From: Acidobacteriota bacterium
GTDB lineage: Bacteria; Acidobacteriota; Vicinamibacteria; Vicinamibacterales; 2-12-FULL-66-21
Length of the DNA stretch: 64,000 bases
Reading direction: 5' to 3'
NCBI GenBank assembly: GCA_031393955.1
Contig: JANMWI010000034.1
Span: 433-64,432, forward strand
The position numbers were made by a program, and so were the translations under genes. Positions 51,081 through 63,508 of the stretch are shown here, in pieces. Below the pieces are notes generated by a model. It had not been told where the DNA came from. It ran no database searches and saw only the letters and a program-made list of their open reading frames with translations. Numbering within the stretch: the first letter of the stretch is position 1; every line of letters begins with the position of its first letter.

Positions 51081-54000
51081 TCAACGGTCTCCGGCTTCTC
51101 CGAGCAGTTCAAAAATCCCTCGCAGCGGTATCCGCACCCAGTCCGGGCGGTTATTGAGCTCGTAGTTCAACTCGTAGAGCGCCTTGTCGAGCACGAACAG
51201 CTGCAGCAGCGTGTCGCGCTGCGACGGGGCGGCCGGAATGAACGGCGCGCCGACAACCGACGTGAAATAGCCGCGCAGGAACGCGGCAGTCGTCCACGTT
51301 TGCCAGACCCGTGCCCACGGCTCGAGCCGCTCGAGCTCGGCCGGTCTCGACGCGACGTGGGCGAACAGGCCGGCGTAGGCGGCGTAACTGAACGACCGAA
51401 TCATGCCGGCGACATCCTTGAGCGGCGACTGCTTGAGCCGGCGCTGGGCAATCGGCCGGGCCGGTTCACCCTCGAAGTCGAGCAGGAAGTAGTCCCCTTC
51501 GGTCCACAGCACCTGGCCGAGGTGGTAATCGCCGTGCACCCGGATCTTCGAGGTCGAGAACTCGAGCGTCGGCGCGGCGCGGATCCGTTCGAGCAGCGTC
51601 GCGCGCGACTGCAGCAGCCGTTTGGCGCTGTCGGCGACGTCGGGCGGCAGCATCCCGTCCTGCGACTCGAGGGTGTGGAGCGCCTTCTGGGCCTCGGCGG
51701 CCGCATCGGCGGAGAGCGCGGCGAGATCCTCCTTCGTGAAGGGCTCGGGAGCAAACGCCAGGTTACTCGAGTCGGAGGCGAGCGCCAGATGCATTTCGGC
51801 GGTGCGCCGGCCGAGGATCTCGGCGCTGGCGATCGACGGCCCCATCGAGGTTTCGACCGCGGCCGGTTCGGTCGCCTCGATCAGGTCGGAATACTTCCCC
51901 GCCGCCGGCAGCGGCGGCGGCGGACTGCCCTCGACGGTCTCGTAGAACCGCTGGACCTCGTCGGTGGCGTGCGCCCAGCCGTCCCCCTGGCTCGACACCA
52001 GCTGCTGGATCATCGCCAGCGTCGCCGGCTCCTCGGCGATGCGTGCGTATTCGAAGGCGCCGGCGATTGCCGGCACACGCGTGAAACCGGCGTGCTCGGA
52101 CAACTGGCGGCCGATCTCGTAGTCGGGATTGACGCCCGGCTGCAACCGGCGGAACAGCTTCATGATCAGCCGGGTGCCGTAGAGGATCGAGGTGTTGCTC
52201 TGTTCGGCCGAGGTCCGCGACACCTTGATCGGCTCCTCGGACGCACCGCGCAGCCCGGCGAACGCCTCCGTCCGCAGCGCGCGGATCGCGCCCCGCTTCG
52301 TGACCACCTGTTCCTCGCCGCTGACGGCGTCGAGCAGCGTCCTGGCGAAGCGGTCATCCAGCCAGCCGTCGAACAGGACGCCCTTGCGGGCGCCGGTGAT
52401 GCTGGCGAGCACGGCAGCGGGGGAGCGCTCCTCGAGACCGTTGACGTCGGCATGGGCGCAGATCGTCAGCGGCAGGAAGTACTGGTCGCGGCCGCCGTCG
52501 GCGAACTCGACCTCGACAATCGTCAGGAACAGCGGCTGCGGGCCGCGGCGGAGGATGCCCCAGTCGGCGAAGCGCGCCGAGCGGGCGGGCCGTGCCTTGC
52601 CGCCGAACCAGCGCTGGCGCTGCAGGAACGGCAGGAGCAGGTCGCGCTCGACCAGCGTCCGGACGTTGCCTTCGAGCAGCGTCTCCCACGCCACCCCCAT
52701 GAACAGCGCCGGCGCCGGTGTCAGGTCGGTGGTGCCGGCGGTCGCGACCCTGGCCGTCACCGCGGCGGGGGCCTCCTGCAGGCGGAACCAGTAGAACGCG
52801 TACGGACCGAGCGTCAGGAAGTACGGCCGCTCGGTGATGCGCGGAAATTCGGTCAGGCCGAGCATCTCGACCGGCGTCATCCCCTTGAAGGCGGTGAGGT
52901 CGAGCTCGACCGGCTGGACCGCCCGCGCCAGGTTGGCGACGCAGAGGATCGTCTCCCCCTCATAGCGGCGGACGTAGGTCAGCACCTTGCGGTTCTGGGA
53001 CGGCAGGAAATCGATCGTCCCACGGCCGAACACCCGCGACTGCTTGCGCAGGCCGATCATCCGCTTCATCCAGTTGAGCAGCGAGAACGGCGCCCGCTCC
53101 TGGGATTCGACGTTGAGCCCCTGGTAGCCGTAGACCGGATCCATGATCGGCGGCGCATAGAGCTGCGCCGGATCGGCGCGCGAAAACCCGGCGTTGCGGT
53201 CGCCGGTCCACTGCATCGGCGTGCGGACGCCGTTGCGGTCGCCGAGATAGATGTTGTCGCCCATCCCGATCTCGTCGCCGTAGTAGATGACCGGGGTCCC
53301 CGGCATCGAGAACAGCAGGCCGTTGAGCAGCTCGATCCGCCGCCGGCTGTTCTCGAGCAGCGGCGCCAGGCGGCGCCGGATGCCGACATTGATCCGCATC
53401 TGCGGGTCGGCGGCATACGCCTGATACATGTAGTCGCGCTCCTCGTCGGTGACCATCTCGAGCGTCAGCTCGTCATGGTTGCGGAGGAACATCGCCCACT
53501 GGCAGTTGTCCGGAATGTCGGGGGTCTGGCGGAGAATCTCGGTGATCGGGTGGCGGTCTTCCTGCCGCACGCCCATGAACATCCGCGGCATCAGCGGGAA
53601 GTGGAACGCCATGTGGCACTCGTCGCCGTCGCCGAAGTACGGCCGGACGTCGGCCGGCCACTGATTCGCCTCGCCGAGCAGCATCCGATCCGGATATCGG
53701 ACATCGAGCGCGGCGCGGATCTTCTTGATGACGGTGTGGGTCTCCTCGAGGTTCTCGCAGATCGTCCCCTCGCGCTCGATCAGGTACGGGATGGCGTCGA
53801 GCCGCAGCCCGTCGACGCCGCGGTCGAGCCAGAACTGCATCACCTTGATGACGGCCTCGAGCACCGCCGGATTGTCGAAGTTCAGATCCGGCTGGTGATG
53901 GAAGAAGCGGTGCCAGTAATACGCCTTGGCGACGTCGTCCCACCGCCAGTTCGAGGTCTCGGTATCGGTGAAGATGATCCGCACTCCCTGGTACTTCTGG

Positions 54001-54401
54001 TTGGTGTCGCTCCAGACGTAGAACTCCCGCTCCGGTGAGCCGGCCGGCGCGCGTCGCGCCGCCTGGAACCAGGGATGCTGATCGGAGGTGTGGTTGATGA
54101 CCAGCTCGGTGATGACGCGGAGGCCAAGGCGATGCGCCTCGGCGACGAACCGGTCGAAGTCGTCGAGCGTCCCGTAGCTCGGATGGATGTTCTCGTAGTC
54201 GGCGATGTCGTAGCCGTCGTCTTTGAGCGGCGACGGATAGAACGGCAGCAGCCACAGGCAGTTGACCCCCAGGCTGTGGAGGTAGTCGAGCTTCTGAGTC
54301 AGGCCGCGGAAGTCTCCGACGCCGTCGTTGCTGCTGTCGAAGAAGGCGCGGACGTGCGCCTGATAGATGATCGCGTCCTTGTACCAGAGGGAGTCGGACA
54401 T
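51081..54401 (-). CDS. treS: Trehalose synthase fused to maltokinase (TreS-Mak/Pep2)
   Basis: N-terminus [64 protein letters not shown]. The C-terminal ~450 aa are kinase-like, with [13 protein letters not shown]. Confidence 0.9.
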   Translation of the reverse strand: MSDSLWYKDAIIYQAHVRAFFDSSNDGVGDFRGLTQKLDYLHSLGVNCLWLLPFYPSPLKDDGYDIADYENIHPSYGTLDDFDRFVAEAHRLGLRVITELVINHTSDQHPWFQAARRAPAGSPEREFYVWSDTNQKYQGVRIIFTDTETSNWRWDDVAKAYYWHRFFHHQPDLNFDNPAVLEAVIKVMQFWLDRGVDGLRLDAIPYLIEREGTICENLEETHTVIKKIRAALDVRYPDRMLLGEANQWPADVRPYFGDGDECHMAFHFPLMPRMFMGVRQEDRHPITEILRQTPDIPDNCQWAMFLRNHDELTLEMVTDEERDYMYQAYAADPQMRINVGIRRRLAPLLENSRRRIELLNGLLFSMPGTPVIYYGDEIGMGDNIYLGDRNGVRTPMQWTGDRNAGFSRADPAQLYAPPIMDPVYGYQGLNVESQERAPFSLLNWMKRMIGLRKQSRVFGRGTIDFLPSQNRKVLTYVRRYEGETILCVANLARAVQPVELDLTAFKGMTPVEMLGLTEFPRITERPYFLTLGPYAFYWFRLQEAPAAVTARVATAGTTDLTPAPALFMGVAWETLLEGNVRTLVERDLLLPFLQRQRWFGGKARPARSARFADWGILRRGPQPLFLTIVEVEFADGGRDQYFLPLTICAHADVNGLEERSPAAVLASITGARKGVLFDGWLDDRFARTLLDAVSGEEQVVTKRGAIRALRTEAFAGLRGASEEPIKVSRTSAEQSNTSILYGTRLIMKLFRRLQPGVNPDYEIGRQLSEHAGFTRVPAIAGAFEYARIAEEPATLAMIQQLVSSQGDGWAHATDEVQRFYETVEGSPPPPLPAAGKYSDLIEATEPAAVETSMGPSIASAEILGRRTAEMHLALASDSSNLAFAPEPFTKEDLAALSADAAAEAQKALHTLESQDGMLPPDVADSAKRLLQSRATLLERIRAAPTLEFSTSKIRVHGDYHLGQVLWTEGDYFLLDFEGEPARPIAQRRLKQSPLKDVAGMIRSFSYAAYAGLFAHVASRPAELERLEPWARVWQTWTTAAFLRGYFTSVVGAPFIPAAPSQRDTLLQLFVLDKALYELNYELNNRPDWVRIPLRGIFELLGEAGDR

Positions 54402-54529
54402 ATTCTTTCTTCTACGGGACTCGTCGGGTGCTACGGGGTTCGTCGTGGTCCGGTCGGCCGCGGGTCAGCCGGCGCCGCGCCGGCCGGTTCGGCGACCGTC
54501 GTCCGGTTCTCCGGTTCGACCTGCCGGCG

Positions 54530-56575
54530 TCACACGGCCGCCGGCTCCGGCAGCGGCCGCAGCAGCTTGACGTGCAGGATGTGGGCCGCGCGCGAGCCGG
54601 GCTCGAGGCGGACGTAGTTGCGCGTCCCTCGCCAGTAGTACCGTTCGCCCGACAGCAGGTCGTGGACCTCGACGGTATCGTTCGGGCCGAACCCCCAGGC
54701 GGCAAGCGGCAGCTCGACGTAGCCGTGCTGCATCCGAAACGGATCGACGTTGACGACCACCAGGATCAGATCCCAGCCGTCGAGCGACCGCTTGCTGTAG
54801 CCGAGTAGAGACGGGTTGTCGGTTGGATGAAACGCCAGCCCGTGATCGTGCTGGAGCGCCGGATGCTCCCGCCGGATCGTGTTGACCGACCGGATCAGCC
54901 CGGCGAGGCTGTCCGGCTGATCGAAATCGCGCGGCCGGATCTGGTACTTCTCCGAGTCGAGGTATTCCTCGCTGCCCGGCTTGACCGGCGCGTTCTCGGC
55001 GAGCTCGTAGCCGCTGTAGATGCCGTACGACGCGCCGAGCGTCGCCGCCAGGACCAGGCGGAGCTCGAAGGCGGGGCGGCCGCCGTGCTGCAGGAACTCG
55101 TGCAGGATGTCGGGGGTATTGGCGAACAGGTTCGGCCGCATGTACTCGCGGACGTCGGTCTGGGTCAGCTCGGTGAAGTACTCCGTCAGCTCGGCGGCGG
55201 TGTTGCGCCACGTGAAGTAGCTGTACGACTGCGAGAAGCCGGCTTTGGCGAGATAGCGCATCAGCTTCGGACGCGTGAACGCTTCGGACAGGAAAATCGT
55301 GTCCGGGTGCGCCTTGCGGATCTCGGCAATCACCCAGTGCCAGAACCGGAACGGCTTGGTGTGCGGGTTGTCGACGCGGAAGATCCGCACGCCGTGGCCG
55401 ACCCAGAACTCGAAAATCTGCTTCAGCTCCTGCCAGAGTGCCGGCCACGCCTCCGAATCGAAGTTGATCGGATAGATGTCCTGGTATTTCTTCGGCGGAT
55501 TCTCGGCGTACTTGATTGTCCCGTCCGGGCGGTGGCGGAACCACTCGGGGTGCTCGGTGACGTATGGATGATCCGGCGACGCCTGGAAGGCGATGTCGAG
55601 CGCGATCTCGAGGCCGTGGTGCGCCGCCGCGGCGACGAAGCGGTCGAAGTCCTCGATTGTCCCAAGCCCCGGCTCGACCGCCATGTGGCCGCCGTCGCTC
55701 GAGCCAATCGCCCACGGGCTGCCCGGATCGCCCGGCCCCGGCGTCAGCGTATTGTTCGGTCCCTTGCGGAAACTGCGGCCGATCGGATGGACCGGCGGCA
55801 GATAGAGGACGTCGAAGCCCATCGACGCCACGTACGGCAGCAGCCGCGCCGCCTCGTCGAACGTCGCGCTGCGGGTCGGATCGGTGCCGGCCGAGCGCGG
55901 GAACATCTCGTACCACGCCCCGAAGCGCGCCCGCGCCCGCTCGACCGTGACCTGCAGCACCGGCTCGAATCGAGTCGCCGACCGCCGGTCGGGGTGTGCC
56001 GCCATCGCGTCGGCCAGCGCCGTGTCGCGCGCCGCCGCGACCCGCGCTGCCGCCTGGATCGAGGCGTCCCCCAGACGATCCGCCGCCGGCGTCAGCGTCG
56101 CGGCGGCTTCTGGCGCCAGCGCCGCGCGCTCGCGGACCAGCGCACTACCCTCGAGCAGCTCGCTCGTCACGTCCTGCCCGGCGTCCGACTTCTTCCCGAG
56201 ATCGCGCCGCCAGCTCGCGAAATGGTCGACCCAGGCCTCGACGGTATATTCGCAGCGGCCGATCGCCTCGACGATGAAGCTGCCGCTCCAGCGATCGTTG
56301 TCGACCGGCGCCATCGCCGCCTCGTGCCATGCGGCGTCGCCGGCCGTGCGGTAGAGCAGCCGCGCCGCCAGCTCGTCGTGGCCGTCCGCGAAGATGTCCG
56401 CGGTCACCGTCACCCGTTCGCCGGCTGCCCGTTTGATTGGAAACCGCCCGCAGTCGACCTGCGGTTCGACGCGTTCGACGACCACCCGCCGCGCCAGCGC
56501 GGCGTCAATCGAGGGGGGCGCCGCCGCGCTGCCGGTTGCCCGCGGCGACTTCGCCGCCCCTGTCCGCTTCGCCAT
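54530..56575 (-). CDS. glgE: Alpha-1,4-glucan:maltose-1-phosphate maltosyltransferase
   Basis: Contains RFGAWYEMFPRS, DVLYLPPVHPIG, GSPWAIGS and VRIFRVDNPHTKPFRFW. Confidence 0.9.
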   Translation of the reverse strand: MAKRTGAAKSPRATGSAAAPPSIDAALARRVVVERVEPQVDCGRFPIKRAAGERVTVTADIFADGHDELAARLLYRTAGDAAWHEAAMAPVDNDRWSGSFIVEAIGRCEYTVEAWVDHFASWRRDLGKKSDAGQDVTSELLEGSALVRERAALAPEAAATLTPAADRLGDASIQAAARVAAARDTALADAMAAHPDRRSATRFEPVLQVTVERARARFGAWYEMFPRSAGTDPTRSATFDEAARLLPYVASMGFDVLYLPPVHPIGRSFRKGPNNTLTPGPGDPGSPWAIGSSDGGHMAVEPGLGTIEDFDRFVAAAAHHGLEIALDIAFQASPDHPYVTEHPEWFRHRPDGTIKYAENPPKKYQDIYPINFDSEAWPALWQELKQIFEFWVGHGVRIFRVDNPHTKPFRFWHWVIAEIRKAHPDTIFLSEAFTRPKLMRYLAKAGFSQSYSYFTWRNTAAELTEYFTELTQTDVREYMRPNLFANTPDILHEFLQHGGRPAFELRLVLAATLGASYGIYSGYELAENAPVKPGSEEYLDSEKYQIRPRDFDQPDSLAGLIRSVNTIRREHPALQHDHGLAFHPTDNPSLLGYSKRSLDGWDLILVVVNVDPFRMQHGYVELPLAAWGFGPNDTVEVHDLLSGERYYWRGTRNYVRLEPGSRAAHILHVKLLRPLPEPAAV

Positions 56576-56639
56576 AATCCGTCCTGCCCGCCGCCCGCCC
56601 GCGCGGCGGCGCTCTATATGTCCAGGAAGCGTCCACCGC

Positions 56640-58820
<2,181 letters not shown>

Positions 58821-58940
58821 AACTGATGTTAGGTACCACGTTCGCGGCTCCGGCGCAACGAAAGCCAGACCAGCCGGTCTGGCCCGCGCTTTGCTCGTTC
58901 ATCACGAGTTCGCCACCGCAACCACAAGGAGTGCACTTCA

Positions 58941-59399
58941 ATGGACATGAACGACATCAACAAGAAAGCGCTTGCCTCGCTCAACGACCTGATCGAAACG
59001 TGCAAGGATGGAGAAGTCGGCTTTCGCACCGCCGCCGAGGGACTCACCGACCCGACCGTGAAGGCGACCTTCGCGAAGTTTTCCCGCGAGCGCGGCCAGA
59101 TGGCGCGTGATCTTCAGGATGAGGTGAAGGGTCTCGGCGGGACGCCCGAGACGTCAGGCAGCACCTCGGCCGCGCTGCACCGCGGCTGGATCAACATCAA
59201 GTCCGCGGTCACCGGCAAGGACGACAAGGCGATTGTCGCTGAGGCGGAACGCGGCGAGGACGTCGCCAAGGCGGCCTACGAGGCGGCGCTCAAGGTCGCG
59301 CTGCCGGGTCAGGTGAAGGCACTCGTCGAGCGCCAGGCCGCGCAGGTGCGGGCCGCGCACGACCACGTCCGGTCGCTCGAGAAGACCACCGCCCACTGA
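58941..59399 (+). CDS. PA2169/DUF2383-family four-helix-bundle (ferritin-like) protein
   Basis: Contains LNDLIETCKDGEVGFRTAAEG...FAKFSRERGQMARDLQDEV...LHRGWINIKSAV...AERGEDVAKAAYEAAL. An AAGGAG RBS is present. Confidence 0.7.
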   Translation: MDMNDINKKALASLNDLIETCKDGEVGFRTAAEGLTDPTVKATFAKFSRERGQMARDLQDEVKGLGGTPETSGSTSAALHRGWINIKSAVTGKDDKAIVAEAERGEDVAKAAYEAALKVALPGQVKALVERQAAQVRAAHDHVRSLEKTTAH

Positions 59400-59425
59400 C
59401 GCTGACGGCTCGATTCGAATGATCA

Positions 59426-59884
59426 ATGCGTGAAGCCGATGCCCGGACGCTGGCCGCCCTGCGCAGGTGGAGTGTGCTGCTCGACAGCGCGTTCCGCGTG
59501 CCCGGGACGAGCCTGACGTTCGGGCTCGACCCGCTCTTCGGTCTGATCCCGGTGCTCGGCGATCTGGCCGCGCCGCTGTTCACCGGGCTGCTCCTCCTCC
59601 ACGCCGTCCGCCTGCGGATCCCGAAGATCGTCCAGCTCCGCATGCTGATGAATGCCGCCATCGACTTCGCGATCGGCATCATCCCGGTCGTCGGCGATTT
59701 GTTCGATTTCGGCTGGAAGGCGAACGTCCGCAACCTCGCGCTGCTCGAGCGCCACGCCGCGCCCGGGTCGCGGGCGAGCGCGGCTGACTGGGCGTTCGTG
59801 GTCGGCGTCCTGATCGCGCTCGTGCTCGCGGCGATCGCACCGCTGCTCCTGCTGGTGTGGCTGATCGCGCGATTCAGTTCCTGA
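59426..59884 (+). CDS. DUF4112 domain membrane protein
   Basis: Contains LDSAFRVPGTSLTFGLDPLFGLIPVLGDLAAP...IIPVVGDLFDFGWKANVRN. Confidence 0.7.
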   Translation: MREADARTLAALRRWSVLLDSAFRVPGTSLTFGLDPLFGLIPVLGDLAAPLFTGLLLLHAVRLRIPKIVQLRMLMNAAIDFAIGIIPVVGDLFDFGWKANVRNLALLERHAAPGSRASAADWAFVVGVLIALVLAAIAPLLLLVWLIARFSS

Positions 59885-59919
59885 CACGCGCCGGCACGCG
59901 GATCAGCCCGTCCGCCCGG

Positions 59920-61137
59920 CTACTCGCCGAGCAGTTCGCCGATCGGCTGCAGGTCCTCGACGTGATCGCAGATCGCCTTGATCATCATCAGCATCGGCAC
60001 GGCGAGAATCGTGCCCCAGATGCCCCAGATCCAGCTCCAGAACAGCAGGCCGACGAAGATCGCGACCGGATTCATCTGCGCCGCCCGGCCCATCAGGAAC
60101 GGTGTCAGCAGGAAGCCCTCGAGGCTGGTGATCGCGAACGCCACGCCGCAGACGTACGCCGTTGTCAGCAGGTTGTCGAACTGCATGAAGGCCACCAGGC
60201 CGAGACCGCCGGTGACGATGACCGGGCCGAGATACGGGATCGAGTTGAAGATGCCGGCGAGCAGGCCCCAGACAATGTACTGATTGAGGCCGAACCACCA
60301 CAGCGCGGCGGCGGTCGCGACCGCGACGAGCAGGCTGGTCAGCACCTGGACGCGCATGAAGCCGGCGATCTGCAGGTTGATGTCGTCGAGGATCTGGACC
60401 GTGATCTTCTTGTGCGACAGCGTCGGGCCGGCAATCTTGACGACCTTGCGCTTGTAGAGATCGCCGGTGACGAGGAAGAAGTAGACCAGGAACAGGACCA
60501 GCACGAACTGTCCGCCGAAGCCGAGTAGTCCGACGCCGCCCGACCAGAGATAATCGCTGGCCCGGAACGGCGGCTGGATGACTTCGACTTTCTGGACGTC
60601 GGTCTGCTGCTTGATGCGGCGCGCCAGCGCCTGTTCCTCGGCGGTTGGCGCCGCCGCTTCCTGCGCCGCCTTGTCGATTTCGGTGGCTGCCTCCTGCACC
60701 TTCTGCAGCGCGCCTCCCTGGTCGGTCTGGTGATCGCGGAGCCGATCGCGCAGCCGCTGTGCCGCCGGCGGGATGCTCGAGACGATCGACATCGCCTGGC
60801 CGGTCAAGGTGTAGACACCGAGCCCGAGTGTGCCGACGAGCAGCAGCACCGCGATCCCCGCGCCGACGCCGCGGCCGATGCGGACGCGCTGGAGCGCGGC
60901 GACGATCGGCGCCAGCGCGTAGCTGATCAGCACGCCGAGCACGATCGGCACGAGCACCGACTGCGCGTACTGGAGCATCAGGATCGTCGCGATGACGGTG
61001 AGGACGTTCAGCGTCAGGCCGGTGATGCCGATTTCCTCTTCCTGGACGAGCGTGGTGGTGGCGCCCGGTCCGGCTGAGGCGAGGACTTCGCCGGTCTTCG
61101 TCGAGGGGAGAATCGGAGAGGCCTGATCTTCGCTCAT
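59920..61137 (-). CDS. AI-2E family transporter (PerM/YhhT-like permease)
   Basis: Trimmed from ORF 59920..61812 to ATG 61137 (MSEDQASP); ATG 61173 is also possible. Multi-pass protein with FNSIPYLGPVIV and WGIWGTILAVPMLMMIK. The discarded 5' extension is antisense to queA. Confidence 0.8.
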   Translation of the reverse strand: MSEDQASPILPSTKTGEVLASAGPGATTTLVQEEEIGITGLTLNVLTVIATILMLQYAQSVLVPIVLGVLISYALAPIVAALQRVRIGRGVGAGIAVLLLVGTLGLGVYTLTGQAMSIVSSIPPAAQRLRDRLRDHQTDQGGALQKVQEAATEIDKAAQEAAAPTAEEQALARRIKQQTDVQKVEVIQPPFRASDYLWSGGVGLLGFGGQFVLVLFLVYFFLVTGDLYKRKVVKIAGPTLSHKKITVQILDDINLQIAGFMRVQVLTSLLVAVATAAALWWFGLNQYIVWGLLAGIFNSIPYLGPVIVTGGLGLVAFMQFDNLLTTAYVCGVAFAITSLEGFLLTPFLMGRAAQMNPVAIFVGLLFWSWIWGIWGTILAVPMLMMIKAICDHVEDLQPIGELLGE

Positions 61138-61191
61138 GAATGTGTCGACCGCCGCGATTGTACCGCAGTACATTGAGGCCTCTTCCTCAGC

Positions 61192-62406
61192 ATGGACGTC
61201 GCCGATTTCACTTTCGCGCTTCCCGATGAGCTGATCGCGCAGGACGCCGCGCCGCGCGGCAGCTCGCGCCTGCTGGTGCTCGACCGCGCCGCCGGTTCGA
61301 TCCGTCACGCGCGGATCGCCGACCTCCCCGCGCTCCTCCGCCGCGGCGATCTGCTCGTCGTCAACAACACCCGCGTCTTCGCGGCCCGCCTCCTCGGCCA
61401 CCGCGTGCCAAGCGGCGGCGCAGTCGAATGCTTTCTGCTCGGCGAGCACTCCGGCACCCCGGCACCTTCGCACCCTGGCACTTTGGCACCCCGGCACCTT
61501 GGCACCGCGGACCCTGGCCCCCCGGCCCCCCGGCACCCTGGCACCGTGCCCCCTGGCACCCTGGCACCCCCGCACCCTGGCACCGTGCCCCCTGGCCCCC
61601 TGGCACCCCGGCACCTTGGCACCCTGAAGACCTACACCTCCCTGATGCATCCCGGGCAGAAGCTGAAGCCGGGCGCCCGCGTCCGCTTCGAGGGCGAAGC
61701 CGGCGTTCTGATCGGCGAGGTGACCGGCCGCCACTTCCACGGCCGCCGGACGATCGATCTGTGGAGCGAGGGGGGGGAGGAGGTCGAGGCGCTCATCGAT
61801 GCCCTCGGGCACATGCCGCTGCCGCCGTACATCAAGCGCGCCGACACGCTGGCGGATCGCGAGCGCTACCAGACGGTCTACGCGACGGTGCGCGGGTCAG
61901 TCGCGGCGCCGACCGCCGGCCTGCACTTCACGCCGGCGATCCTCGCCGAGCTCGATCGCGCCGGCATCGAGCGGGCCGAGATCACGCTGCACGTCGGCTA
62001 CGGCACCTTCAAGCCGGTCCGCGCCACCCGGGTCGAGGACCATGTCGTCGATCCCGAGCCGTACGACATCAGCGCGGCGGCGGCCGGCGCGATCGGCCGC
62101 GCCCGGCAGGAGGGCCGCCGTGTGATCGCGGTCGGGACGACGACCACCCGCGCGCTCGAGGATGCCGCGGCGCGGGGCGACGGGCGGATCGCCGCCGGGT
62201 CCGGCGTCGCCAGCCTGTTCATCCATCCCGGCCATCCCTTCCGGGCGATCGACGGCCTGCTCACCAACTTCCACCTGCCGGCCTCGTCGCTGCTGATGCT
62301 GGTCGCCGCCTTCGCTGGCCGCGAGCCGGTGCTCGCCGCCTACCGCGAAGCCGTCGCCGAGCGGTATCGCTTCTACAGCTACGGCGATGCGATGCTCGTG
62401 ATCTGA
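61192..62406 (+). CDS. queA: S-adenosylmethionine:tRNA ribosyltransferase-isomerase, carrying an in-frame ~59-codon repeat insertion
   Basis: Contains DFTFALPDELIAQ, LLVVNNTRVFAARL, GHMPLPPYIKR, RERYQTVYA, GSVAAPTAGLHFT, VGTTTTRALE and YRFYSYGDAMLV. At 404 aa it is longer than typical QueA because of the segment at 61449-61625. Confidence 0.9.
   Translation: MDVADFTFALPDELIAQDAAPRGSSRLLVLDRAAGSIRHARIADLPALLRRGDLLVVNNTRVFAARLLGHRVPSGGAVECFLLGEHSGTPAPSHPGTLAPRHLGTADPGPPAPRHPGTVPPGTLAPPHPGTVPPGPLAPRHLGTLKTYTSLMHPGQKLKPGARVRFEGEAGVLIGEVTGRHFHGRRTIDLWSEGGEEVEALIDALGHMPLPPYIKRADTLADRERYQTVYATVRGSVAAPTAGLHFTPAILAELDRAGIERAEITLHVGYGTFKPVRATRVEDHVVDPEPYDISAAAAGAIGRARQEGRRVIAVGTTTTRALEDAAARGDGRIAAGSGVASLFIHPGHPFRAIDGLLTNFHLPASSLLMLVAAFAGREPVLAAYREAVAERYRFYSYGDAMLVI
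61449..61625 (+). repeat. 8-nt-periodic YYGGCACC repeat element, copy inside queA (177 nt, in frame)
   Basis: Reads ccggcacc ccggcacc ttcgcacc ctggcac tttggcacc ccggcacc ttggcacc ... ctggcacc ccggcacc ttggcacc. It translates as GTPAPSHPGTLAPRHLGTADPGPPAPRHPGTVPPGTLAPPHPGTVPPGPLAPRHLGTL. Confidence 0.8.
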
Positions 62407-62474
62407 CCCGGCCGCGGCAGGCCGCATCAGAACCTTGCCGAACCTCCGGGAACCTGTTCTATGCTGACACCGCC

Positions 62475-63422
62475 GTGAAATTCTCCTACGACGACTTCGA
62501 TCTGTCGGGCGTCCGCACCTATCCGCTGGCGTCGCGGAACAGCAAGGCGAACGCCGCCGACTTCGCGCGGCCGTGCGCGCCGGGCGCTAGCGTGGCGGAG
62601 TTTGTCCGATCCCTGCCGTCGATCCTCGCCGGCCACGACTTCAAGGCGGTCGTCGCCGCCGTCCGCGCCGCCAAAGCCGGGGACCGCGGCATCGTCTGGG
62701 GGCTCGGTGCCCATGTCATCAAGACCGGTTTGTCGCCGGTGGTCATCGATCTGATGGAGCGCGGATTCGTCTCCGCGATCGCCACCAACGGCGCCGGCGT
62801 GATTCATGACTTCGAAGTCGCGTTGGCCGCGGCGACGTCCGAGGATGTCGAGGAGGCGCTTGGCCCGGGGCGCTTCGGGATGGCCGAGGAGACCGGCCGC
62901 CTGCTGAACGGCGCGATCAACAGCGGGGTCGCCGCGGGGCTGGGGCTCGGTCAGGCGGTCGCTCGAGGACTGCTCGAGCTCGCCCCGCCGCACGCCTCGC
63001 TGAGCGTGCTTGCCGCCGCCGCCCGTCTGAACATTCCCGTGACCGTCCACATCGCCATCGGCACCGACATCATTCATATGCATCCCGCGGCGTCGGGCGC
63101 CAGCCTGGGCGAGGGGAGCCTGCGCGACTTCCGTTATTTCTGCTCGAACGTCGCCCGGCTCGCTGGCGGCGTCTACCTGAACTGCGGGTCGGCGGTGGTG
63201 CTTCCCGAAGTGTTCCTGAAGGCGGTCGCGCTGGCCCGCAACCAGGAGGCGTCGCTCGAGGGCCTGACGACGGTGAATCTGGATTTCCTCCGCCAGTATC
63301 GGGCGCAGACCAACGTCGTGGCGCGGCCGGTCGCCGGCGTCGGCCGGGGCTACGCGCTGACCGGGCACCACGAGATCATGCTGCCGCTGCTTGCCGCCGC
63401 GCTGCTCGAGCGCAGCGAGTGA
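62475..63422 (+). CDS. Conserved hypothetical protein, possibly deoxyhypusine-synthase-like fold
   Basis: Trimmed from ORF 61428..63422 to GTG 62475 (VKFSYDDFD), the first in-frame start after the queA stop. GAHVIKTGLSPVVIDLMERGFVSAIATNGAGVIHDFE and NIPVTVHIAIGTDIIHMHP resemble DHS-family motifs from memory only. Confidence 0.4.
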   Translation: MKFSYDDFDLSGVRTYPLASRNSKANAADFARPCAPGASVAEFVRSLPSILAGHDFKAVVAAVRAAKAGDRGIVWGLGAHVIKTGLSPVVIDLMERGFVSAIATNGAGVIHDFEVALAAATSEDVEEALGPGRFGMAEETGRLLNGAINSGVAAGLGLGQAVARGLLELAPPHASLSVLAAAARLNIPVTVHIAIGTDIIHMHPAASGASLGEGSLRDFRYFCSNVARLAGGVYLNCGSAVVLPEVFLKAVALARNQEASLEGLTTVNLDFLRQYRAQTNVVARPVAGVGRGYALTGHHEIMLPLLAAALLERSE

Positions 63423-63487
63423 AATAAATAACGAGCGTAGCGAGTGAAATAGCGACCCCGGCAAGTGGAATAACGACCCCGGCGAGT
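63417..63487 (+). repeat. Three tandem imperfect direct repeats (20-25 nt) upstream of the tRNA
   Basis: Units are gagtgaaataaataacgagcgtagc / gagtgaaatagcgaccccggca / agtggaataacgaccccggc, followed by gagt. CGACCCCGGC recurs exactly, 21 nt apart (63453 and 63474). GAGTGAAATA recurs at 63417 and 63442. Confidence 0.7.
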
Positions 63488-63489
63488 CA

Positions 63490-63498
63490 TGCTAAAAT
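63490..63498 (+). promoter_or_regulatory. Candidate extended -10 promoter element (TGcTAAAAT) for the tRNA
   Basis: TGCTAAAAT ends 10 nt before the tRNA 5' end. No good -35 element is seen. Confidence 0.4.
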
Positions 63499-63508
63499 CA
63501 AAAGTTCT

